From Bacteroidota bacterium (GTDB lineage Bacteria; Bacteroidota; Ignavibacteria; SZUA-365): 64,000 nt of DNA. Of this stretch, positions 40,034 through 48,063 are shown one piece after another; positions within the stretch are counted from its first letter, which is position 1; every line of letters starts with the position of its first letter. Below the pieces are notes generated by a model, which did not search any database, was not told the DNA's origin, and saw nothing but the letters and a program-made list of their open reading frames with translations. The DNA lies in assembly GCA_029907355.1 (NCBI GenBank), contig JARYLZ010000004.1, forward strand, positions 5,007 through 69,006. The letters run 5' to 3'. The translations under genes were made by a program, and so were the position numbers.

Positions 40034-41227
40034 TCAGTGCCTGTTCTTGATGTTCACCTTCATGTAGAATTCATATCGGGGCGGTTCGGCGGTTTCGCAG
40101 GTATAGCCGTAATCCTTGACGAACACACCGTCTAAAAACTGATCCGTCGGGTCCCAGGGTTTATCGAAATCCGCTCCGGGTTTGTAAAGGAAATCGATCG
40201 CCTTTACTGCGTTCCATTTCACCTCCCATGATTCCCGATTGTCGCGGTGGAGATCGATGAAATGGGTAATGTGGTCGGAGGAATTGTATTCCGGGAAACC
40301 GCTATAGAGTTCGACGTTTCCGCAAGATGTGTTTTCAACATGACGGATTGCGAGAGAACGGACGAGTTTATGCAAGGCGCTCCCGTACTCACCATCCGAG
40401 CCGTGAGTCAAGACAATTGTCGGGCACGGTTCCTCAATCCTCCTCGCGAGAGCGCGTTCGATAGCAACATGGAGAAAGGAGGTCTCCCCGAAACTCAGTG
40501 CGAAATCCGTCCCGGGAACTTCCCCGATCTGGACGATTCTTTTTCGCTCGACAACGGTGTCGACGGGTAACACGGAGATGTCGATCCCGAGAATCGCCGC
40601 GTATCTCTTGATGGTTTCGAGCTTATTGATCCCTGCACGATCGGTCACGATGCGGAGATGCCTGTCTTTGAAATAACCGGCGCTGTTATACCCTCCAAGG
40701 AGATCCGATGGTTGTTCCGAAGTTCCCGCCGAACCATCCGCACCGTTGGAGACGAGAATCACCTTGACATTCCATCCCTTTCGTGCGGCATAGGCGAGCA
40801 AACCTCCGGCCAAGAGAACCTCATCGTCCGGATGTGCAAAAACGCCGAGAAGTATTTTCCCTTTCCCGCTATCCTGAAGGATACGCGCGGCGAGATCGTG
40901 AAATCCTCTTTGTAGTAGATCCCGTGGTGACTTCAGATACCCCTCATGGTCATCTTCGTCGAAGACGGAGAGGAAATAATCAATCTTGTTCTTCTCACCG
41001 GGAACGCTGTTGTACATGTAATCGTGTTTGTAGACGACCGGGTGATCGACGCCGGGCCATTCATCGAAATCCCATGTTCCATGGGATATACCTCGAGGGA
41101 TATCGTAACCGCGCCGGAACATGGAAGGATCGGCTTTGAACGGAATCTCCGTTTGCGAGAGAGCGATCTTGTTGGCCAGGACCGATAAGGCGGCAACACC
41201 GAGAACGAACCATGCCTCTATTCGCAT
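40034..41227 (-). CDS. exported PIG-L/LmbE-family deacetylase with an N-terminal extension
   Basis: Signal peptide plus 'ILLGVFAHPDDEVLLAGGLL'. Confidence 0.7.
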   Translation of the reverse strand: MRIEAWFVLGVAALSVLANKIALSQTEIPFKADPSMFRRGYDIPRGISHGTWDFDEWPGVDHPVVYKHDYMYNSVPGEKNKIDYFLSVFDEDDHEGYLKSPRDLLQRGFHDLAARILQDSGKGKILLGVFAHPDDEVLLAGGLLAYAARKGWNVKVILVSNGADGSAGTSEQPSDLLGGYNSAGYFKDRHLRIVTDRAGINKLETIKRYAAILGIDISVLPVDTVVERKRIVQIGEVPGTDFALSFGETSFLHVAIERALARRIEEPCPTIVLTHGSDGEYGSALHKLVRSLAIRHVENTSCGNVELYSGFPEYNSSDHITHFIDLHRDNRESWEVKWNAVKAIDFLYKPGADFDKPWDPTDQFLDGVFVKDYGYTCETAEPPRYEFYMKVNIKNRH

Positions 41228-41235
41228 TGGAACTC

Positions 41236-42282
41236 CTATTCCATAATGAATGGGATCACGCGATCTTTACGCCCCCAAGTAATCCGGAGCAAGTACATCC
41301 CGCGTGGCATTGCCGGGCGTTCCGTTGCGAGGAAAACGGGAACGAGGTGTCGACCCGGTACAGCTGCCATGTACTCGAACACCTTCAAGGAACGACCGAA
41401 CTCGTCATAAACCTCCAGTTTCAGACATCCAGCCTCCGTGCTCGAAAAATCAACGAGGAGATACCGGGATTCTGATCTGCCGAATGGAATGGGGTAGACT
41501 TCCGGATCGGTCAAACCATGAGTCGGGTTTTCCCCGAAGTATTCCGCTTTCATAATGATCTCTACAAGCCGTTCTGCGATAGCAAGATGGCCTTGAGCCG
41601 TCGGATGGATACCATCCCTCCCGATGCAGGACGAATCAGTAAAAGAGTAAGGGATTTCGAGAAATCGTCCCGAGCATTCCATCGCCGTTCGGCAGATCGC
41701 TTCCTGGTAACGTGATAGATGGAAACCCGTACCGCCATACCGTTCGTAGAGGGAAGGCGGCGAGAAAAAGGAGAAACGATACTCGTTCAGGGGCGGAAGC
41801 CCGAGAAAAATCGGTACAGCACCGATCCCCTGTATCTTCCGGCATATGAGTCTGAGATTCGAGATAAAACGTTCAAGCGGCACACGGGGTGAGGTTGTGA
41901 ATCCGTGTATGTATAGATCATTCGTACCAAAAGAGACAACTACGATAGAGGGGCCAAAAGTCAGCACATCTCTGTCGATACGCAGGAGAGCATCATCCGT
42001 CGTCTCCCCTGCTCGGCCGAGGTTCCGGACCGTATAACAATGACCTTCTGCACGAAACATCGAGTCGCAACGTGAGGGATAGGCGAGATCCGGCCTGAGA
42101 ACTCCATCGATCCACCCCTCTGTGATTGAATCCCCGAAAAAAAGAATGAGTCCCTGCGGGTCGCTGCGAGGTCCCGTTCCCGCCGATATCAGGACCGGCG
42201 AAAAGAGAAGAGCGAAGATGAAGCGGTTAACAGGGAAAGGCACCCTCGGCTGCAAGGATGCAAACTGTCGTTTCATGGGCAA
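41236..42282 (-). CDS. SGNH/GDSL esterase with a T9SS C-terminal sorting domain
   Basis: 'LILFFGDSITEGW' block I. The C-terminal 'LKLEVYDEFGRSLKVFE...GMYLLRIT...' resembles a Por-secretion tail. Confidence 0.65.
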   Translation of the reverse strand: MPMKRQFASLQPRVPFPVNRFIFALLFSPVLISAGTGPRSDPQGLILFFGDSITEGWIDGVLRPDLAYPSRCDSMFRAEGHCYTVRNLGRAGETTDDALLRIDRDVLTFGPSIVVVSFGTNDLYIHGFTTSPRVPLERFISNLRLICRKIQGIGAVPIFLGLPPLNEYRFSFFSPPSLYERYGGTGFHLSRYQEAICRTAMECSGRFLEIPYSFTDSSCIGRDGIHPTAQGHLAIAERLVEIIMKAEYFGENPTHGLTDPEVYPIPFGRSESRYLLVDFSSTEAGCLKLEVYDEFGRSLKVFEYMAAVPGRHLVPVFLATERPAMPRGMYLLRITWGRKDRVIPFIME

Positions 42283-42348
42283 AGGTATCTCCGATATCAG
42301 CAGCGTTAGGTTAGTCCTGCAGCCGTGGAGAGAAGAAACCGGAGGGGT

Positions 42349-45300
42349 TCAACCGGTCTCCAGTCTTTCCGGTGTTGGAGCCTGATGTTTCTCATGCATT
42401 AGCGCGATATGATCATGCATACCGATCGGCAAATGGAAACGATCCGTACCCTCAAGCGAGTGCTTCAACCGTTCAGCATATTCGTGCATTCTTCGTTCGA
42501 ACTCCTCCCGCGTGCGCTCCCTCTCGAGGAAAATCTGTTGATATCTTGCGAGGAAGTATCCGATCGTCTCGACACGGATTTTGATGCTCCCGACCGGTTT
42601 GTTCTCATCGATGTCTTTAAATGAAAAATACGGTGTATGAGAACACTCGATGATTTCCTGGACAAGAGAGTAAATCGGTGCATCGTGACCGCATCGAAAA
42701 CTGGAAAGCTCGAGAGCGACGAGATTCGGATGGCGTGCGACAAACTTCGCCGCCCACACCTTGCGCGAGGTGTTCTCACTGTATGAATTTTTCCAGACAT
42801 CGGAAATATCCATTGGGTGTGAAATTCTCCCCGCCCGAATATCCGGACCGAAAAGCTTTTCGAGGATGTCATGGTCTGTAGGGAGCGAGTCCTGAGAAAG
42901 AACCGGATAGCCGAGTTTCCTGAACTCATTAGGGATCCCGTGGTTGACACCGGGGTCGGCGTGATAGGGACGTCCGAGAACGACGACACCGATCCGCCTG
43001 TTATGTTCGAGTTCCTCGAGAATCTGTCTTCCCTGGGCGCGGAGAGTCTCTTGGAATCGTCGTAAGGCGGCGTAGCCTTCTTCCACCGCGCGGAGGTTCT
43101 CATCACGCCTGAGTTTCAACCGTCGCCCGAAAGCGGTGTACAACTGTTCAGCTGCAAGAGCGGGATCATTCAACCGAATGAAGGGGTTGATATATTCCAC
43201 GCCCGCTTTTCGGAACAGATCCTCTTCCTTGATGTATGCGGCTTTGACGGACTCAGGTGTCCCTGTCGCCGTCGGGCAGGCTTTCGATCCGACAACATGG
43301 AAGAGATCCGTCGGAAAATCATCGATGATGGGGAAGAAAAGCCACTCGAAATGGGTCAACCGGAGTTTCTTCGTAAGGAGATTGTGAACATGTGCGAGCG
43401 CCACTTTCGAGGGGAAACAGGGATCGATGCTCCCACGCTTCACCCCTTCTTTATAGAGTTCTTCCGATGTGAAATCCGAAAAGACGAAGTTCTGAAACGG
43501 CACACCGAGGCTTTCGAAATATGCGGTGAAGAAAGGCATTGTGGAGTATAGGTTCAGGACTCGTGGCACGGCTATTCGAATAGAGGAACGAAGGTGTGAA
43601 ACACCACCATTCCCCACCCGGAACATCCGAGAGAAGAGCCCCTTTGAATTGTTGGAATCGGTGTTTGCTTTCGCTGGCGACCATGCAAGTTGTGCTTGAG
43701 TTTCGAGAGTGCTCGGAAATTGTTTTTTCACATCGGATATATTTTTCGCAATCATGCGCATATCGTCGATATCTTCTACCGTTCCTTTCTCGCAGCTCGC
43801 AATGATGAGTCGGCTTGCACCGGGTTCTAAGGGTATCTTCGAATGCCGATGCCGGAGACGTTCTTCTTCCGATTCGAAACGGGCAGAGCGCAGTAATTCA
43901 GGTCCTGATTTATATGGGAAGATATTCGATTTCTCTGTGAATTGTTCGTTGGTTTGAACATCGATGAAAGTCCTCATACACTTGTTTTTACAGAAATTGC
44001 AGCGCGTTTCCTCGTTCCGCAATGTTCTGAACCGGATTCGTGCAACGGCGTCGAGTCCGATAAAGGTTGTAGATCTGCCTTCTGAGTAAAGACGAGATGC
44101 TTCGACGGCACAACCAATAGCTCCTGCTTCACCGGTATGTTCATGGACGATAATGCGTGGTTCCATGTTCTTGGATCGGAAACGCGATCGAATAAAGTCC
44201 ACCTGTGCTTTGACAGCTGCCAGATTATGTTGCGTTCCGCCTTGAAGGACGAAGGTTTTCCCGAGTTTTGTCAGATTTGGAATTTGAGAAACATATAGCC
44301 AGATATTTTTCGGAAGAACGATGGCAAGACCTGCAAGTATCTCTTGCGGGGACCACCCTTTTCTTTGAAAATCGACTATATCGGACTGAAGAAAAACGGC
44401 ACATCCATAACCGAATTCAGGTGCGACTTTCGCTTGAAAAGCAATATCGGCGTATTCATCTACAGAGAACCCGAATGATTCAGCTGTACTTTGTAAAAAA
44501 TATCCATTTCCAGCGGAACACTGTGTATTTAACTTGAAATCAACGACTCTATTATCTTTTAAAATAATGAGTTTGATATCTTGACCTCCCACATCACATA
44601 TCACATCAACATTCTTATAAAAATGGAGTGCGGCCTGTGTATGTGCGACGGTTTCGACGAGAGCGATATCGGCACCGATGGAATTCTTCAAAATATCTTT
44701 CGCGTACCCGGTGGTACCGACCGCAAGAATATCGAGATCGGCCCCCTGTTCGAGAACCTGTCGATGAAGTTTCTTGATGATATCTTTGGTATCTTCTATC
44801 GGATTCCCATACGACAATTGGTAAGCTTTGAATGCGACACGCCCTTCCGTGTCGAGGAGAACTCCTTTCGTCGACGTCGACCCACCATCTATCCCGAGGA
44901 AAGCCTGGAAAACTGAGCCAGGTGTCAATTTTCTCGGCATGAAGGGTTTGACGGAAAATTCCTCTCTAAATGCTTCGAGTTCCTTTTCGTCCCGCACGAG
45001 AGGGGGAAGAGCTTTTCTGAGCTTATCGCGATGGTTACCTGTTGAGAGGATGCGTTCCAGTTCATTGATGCCACGATACGGCACAGGTATTTCATGGTTT
45101 TCCCGACCGAATTCCACCGCACCAATGGCTGCGTAATACTGACCTGACTCGGGAACGATGATGCAGTCTTCTGGGCATCTGCCTTCAGGGAGAGGGAATT
45201 CTCTTTCCTCCCAGAGATTTTTGATATTCCAACGCCAGCATTCCACCATTCCCCGGATGAAGGTGTTCGGTCCGCCAAGAAGCAAAACATCCGGTCTGAG

Positions 45301-45957
45301 TGTATGGCCGCGTGTCAAGACGGAGAGATTCTGCAAAACAATCGACTCAAAGAGAGACGCGATGAGTTCATCCGCCGGGACACCTTGCTTTTGCAAACCA
45401 TTGATATCGGTTTCAGCAAAAACGCCGCATTTGCCAGCAACAGGATGAATTTTCACTCCATTATATCGAGCCTCGCTCAGAGCCCCAGGGGGAAGGCGAA
45501 GTTTGGCGTTTATCTTGTCGATCACAGCTCCGGTCCCGCCTGCGCATTTATCGTTCATGGAAAAGATTTTCTTCTTTCTTCTCGTTATCGGGTCTTCTTT
45601 GAAGATGATGATTTTGGCGTCTTGTCCGCCGAGTTCGATCACCGACCCGGCCGTCGGCCATAATTTTTCGACCGCGACCGTGACGGCATTCACTTCTTGA
45701 ACAAATTGTGCGCCAATGAATGGAACAATAGAGTTTCCACCCGATCCTGTGACATAGACCGCGAAGTGTTTGGGGGAATACGAAAACTCCACATGAATCG
45801 CCCGTAAGAATTCCAGCACTTTTTCCTGTTGCCGTGTTTCGTGACGTTGATAATCGCGCCAGAGTATTTCCCCTGTCCGGTTCTCCACAACGACCGCCTT
45901 GACGGTCGTACTGCCGACATCGAGTCCAATGGAATACATGGTTGTCGCGTCGATCAT
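42349..45957 (-). CDS. fused CoA-substrate-specific enzyme activase (two BadF/BadG/BcrA/BcrD-type ATPase domains) plus DUF2229/HgdB-like domain
   Basis: Two ASKHA ATPase modules, 'YSIGLDVGSTTVKAVV' and 'FLGIDGGSTSTKGVLL'. A Cys cluster 'CNFCKNKC'. A C-terminal 'VVLGRPYH' DUF2229-type domain. The start is taken at 'MIDATT' (45957), forming an ATGA overlap with the upstream stop; track ORF 42349..45999 extends this with 14 extra codons. Confidence 0.75.
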   Translation of the reverse strand: MIDATTMYSIGLDVGSTTVKAVVVENRTGEILWRDYQRHETRQQEKVLEFLRAIHVEFSYSPKHFAVYVTGSGGNSIVPFIGAQFVQEVNAVTVAVEKLWPTAGSVIELGGQDAKIIIFKEDPITRRKKKIFSMNDKCAGGTGAVIDKINAKLRLPPGALSEARYNGVKIHPVAGKCGVFAETDINGLQKQGVPADELIASLFESIVLQNLSVLTRGHTLRPDVLLLGGPNTFIRGMVECWRWNIKNLWEEREFPLPEGRCPEDCIIVPESGQYYAAIGAVEFGRENHEIPVPYRGINELERILSTGNHRDKLRKALPPLVRDEKELEAFREEFSVKPFMPRKLTPGSVFQAFLGIDGGSTSTKGVLLDTEGRVAFKAYQLSYGNPIEDTKDIIKKLHRQVLEQGADLDILAVGTTGYAKDILKNSIGADIALVETVAHTQAALHFYKNVDVICDVGGQDIKLIILKDNRVVDFKLNTQCSAGNGYFLQSTAESFGFSVDEYADIAFQAKVAPEFGYGCAVFLQSDIVDFQRKGWSPQEILAGLAIVLPKNIWLYVSQIPNLTKLGKTFVLQGGTQHNLAAVKAQVDFIRSRFRSKNMEPRIIVHEHTGEAGAIGCAVEASRLYSEGRSTTFIGLDAVARIRFRTLRNEETRCNFCKNKCMRTFIDVQTNEQFTEKSNIFPYKSGPELLRSARFESEEERLRHRHSKIPLEPGASRLIIASCEKGTVEDIDDMRMIAKNISDVKKQFPSTLETQAQLAWSPAKANTDSNNSKGLFSRMFRVGNGGVSHLRSSIRIAVPRVLNLYSTMPFFTAYFESLGVPFQNFVFSDFTSEELYKEGVKRGSIDPCFPSKVALAHVHNLLTKKLRLTHFEWLFFPIIDDFPTDLFHVVGSKACPTATGTPESVKAAYIKEEDLFRKAGVEYINPFIRLNDPALAAEQLYTAFGRRLKLRRDENLRAVEEGYAALRRFQETLRAQGRQILEELEHNRRIGVVVLGRPYHADPGVNHGIPNEFRKLGYPVLSQDSLPTDHDILEKLFGPDIRAGRISHPMDISDVWKNSYSENTSRKVWAAKFVARHPNLVALELSSFRCGHDAPIYSLVQEIIECSHTPYFSFKDIDENKPVGSIKIRVETIGYFLARYQQIFLERERTREEFERRMHEYAERLKHSLEGTDRFHLPIGMHDHIALMHEKHQAPTPERLETG

Positions 45958-47828
45958 ACACCGTCCTTCACACCTAGCCTCTTCTCTTTCCTCGCGCATG
46001 AGAGAGCGAGACGTGGTGCAATTCCTACTAAGCCGTTTCTCCTCGGGAGGGGCTGGAACGGATCACGGAAGCTCTTATCCGCTTTTACGATATGTCGTAA
46101 ATCGTCTTCCGACATTCCGAGGCTGTGTAGGGTTTGTCGCATCTCCTCGCGGGCAACAGTCTTAGCTTCGCCGAGCGCCATCTGCACCCTGCTGTGGGCA
46201 TTGATCTCGCCTTCCCCCGATGTTTCGATTGGGAGAAAAAGAATATCGTGGAAATGGGTGGTAACCGCAGACTGGACACCGTCCGATTGCGTACTCGGCA
46301 TGCATCCGAATGGTTTCAAAGATAAAACCATGTGACAGAGTCTCTTTCGGGTAAAGTATATGGTCTTTGCTACCTCGAGATGTCCTTCCCCGCCTTCGAT
46401 TCTCGTGTGAAAATACGGGTGAGCGAGCTTCTGCAATTCCCCTTGGGGCGTAAGGGGAAATGGGACAAAGTCCAGAGCGCGACGCATGCGATTGTATTCC
46501 CGGGTCAAGAGAAATTCGGCAATACGGTACACCGTGATTTTCATCATCGAGGAAAGATGCGCCCTGGTGATCGTGTAAAGACGTGAGGGGAATTTCGTTT
46601 TCACCCAACGGCTTTTCTTTCGCATGTCATGCGCTTCCTGCCGTGCCAGGTAGAGAAGATAGAGAAGCCAGTTCGTAACCGGATCGACGAGCACCTGAGC
46701 CCCTTCACTCTCGAGGAAGCGAAACATCTCGAAATTCCCATCCCCCTCTGTTGTCTGCGCCCAGAATTCGCCCGTCAATTTCACGACCGGTCGTACCCGT
46801 GTCCGGTCGACCTCGATACGCGCAAAACGTTCGCGGCACCAGCGCATTCCCTTGACAAGTCTTCTCCCGAAAAGGTACTCACCCCATCTCAACGCCGAGA
46901 TCACGAAATCGACCACATGGGGAACATCTTGCGGGCGTTGTATGACGCGAAGCGATGCTTTTCGTTTCCAAGAAAACAATATCGAGGCCATATGTTCGAT
47001 ACATTCACGGAGGACCTCATCCGTCGCCCCGTGGTCTACTTCGTAAGGACGAATTTGATAGGCGGTGTCATTGAGCACATCGGCAATCATGATGGCGTGA
47101 AGGATGCCGAGCGTGAAATCCCGGTTAATGACCAATCCTGCGTCGACGCTCGACTGCTCGAGACCACCCGTTTGTTGAAGAATAAGGACACGGAAACCTT
47201 CGTACCCGGAATTGCGGAGGGCAAGGCGATACTCGGCTTCGTACATACCAAAACGGCAAGGACCGCATGCTCCCGCCGTGAAGAAGACATATTGATCGAT
47301 GATTTCCTGTTTGCCCATCCCCTTCGCTTCCAGGGAGTTCAAGTAGTCGATAAGATTCCCGATTGTGAAATACGCGGGATTGCAGTGTCCGTTATTGCAG
47401 TATTCACGCCCTGTCTGGTACGACTTGATAGTGGGCGTGGGAAGGAATTCGGCACGGTATCCAAGTCCCTGGAGCACAGCTTGGATCAACCGTTCATGCT
47501 TCCATGTCAATCCGCCGAAGAGCACCGTTGTAAAAGGACGCTGAGCACGGGTGAAGGGGCGTTCGACAGGCCGTATTGCATGCGTCACATCCAGGTTTGC
47601 TAGACCGAGTTCCCGCTTCAGACGATGGCACTCTTTCGCGATGAGAACATCGAAGTGGCTGGGCTCTTCTTTCTTTGTGCGGTGGAACCCGTTCCCATTG
47701 ACGCGATGCCCTGACGACCGTTTATGCGAGGGAGGATCAATCGGATACATACGGGTTTCCAAGCATATTTTTTCAATAAGATTCTCTACCGATTCGGGGA
47801 AGGGTCTCTGAAACGCGTGTCGATACAT
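45954..47828 (-). CDS. 2-hydroxyacyl-CoA dehydratase family (HgdB/FldC-like, 'activase-related') protein
   Basis: 'GACGPCRFG' and 'LKPFGCMP' Cys motifs typical of the dehydratase component family. Length 624 aa. Confidence 0.6.
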   Translation of the reverse strand: MYRHAFQRPFPESVENLIEKICLETRMYPIDPPSHKRSSGHRVNGNGFHRTKKEEPSHFDVLIAKECHRLKRELGLANLDVTHAIRPVERPFTRAQRPFTTVLFGGLTWKHERLIQAVLQGLGYRAEFLPTPTIKSYQTGREYCNNGHCNPAYFTIGNLIDYLNSLEAKGMGKQEIIDQYVFFTAGACGPCRFGMYEAEYRLALRNSGYEGFRVLILQQTGGLEQSSVDAGLVINRDFTLGILHAIMIADVLNDTAYQIRPYEVDHGATDEVLRECIEHMASILFSWKRKASLRVIQRPQDVPHVVDFVISALRWGEYLFGRRLVKGMRWCRERFARIEVDRTRVRPVVKLTGEFWAQTTEGDGNFEMFRFLESEGAQVLVDPVTNWLLYLLYLARQEAHDMRKKSRWVKTKFPSRLYTITRAHLSSMMKITVYRIAEFLLTREYNRMRRALDFVPFPLTPQGELQKLAHPYFHTRIEGGEGHLEVAKTIYFTRKRLCHMVLSLKPFGCMPSTQSDGVQSAVTTHFHDILFLPIETSGEGEINAHSRVQMALGEAKTVAREEMRQTLHSLGMSEDDLRHIVKADKSFRDPFQPLPRRNGLVGIAPRLALSCARKEKRLGVKDGV

Positions 47829-47978
47829 CGCAGTGACACGCAGGGCTCCCAGCAGATCCCTTCCTGTGTATGATTTTATTCTTCAGTGTATCAGAAAACG
47901 GGTTCAGAGGAATTATGCCGGGTGTGTCATAGAAAAATACGAAAAGACATTGAGATAGGCATACCCTCGCCCACGAGA

Positions 47979-48011
47979 AAGGCGACAGCGATTATCGATC
48001 GCTGTCGCCTT
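47979..48011. terminator. perfect 14-bp inverted repeat (hairpin) with no flanking T-tract
   Basis: AAGGCGACAGCGAT-tatcg-ATCGCTGTCGCCTT, located 50 nt beyond the stop of the minus-strand 979-aa gene. Confidence 0.35.
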
Positions 48012-48063
48012 CGATGAGAGTCTACCGGATAGATGGAGAATCCCTTTCTATTCCCAGCCTTCA

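Noticed and set aside
46629-47603. 324-aa plus-strand ORF inside the HgdB-like gene
   Set aside because: It is antisense to a gene that has conserved Cys motifs, and it has no recognisable domain or signal.
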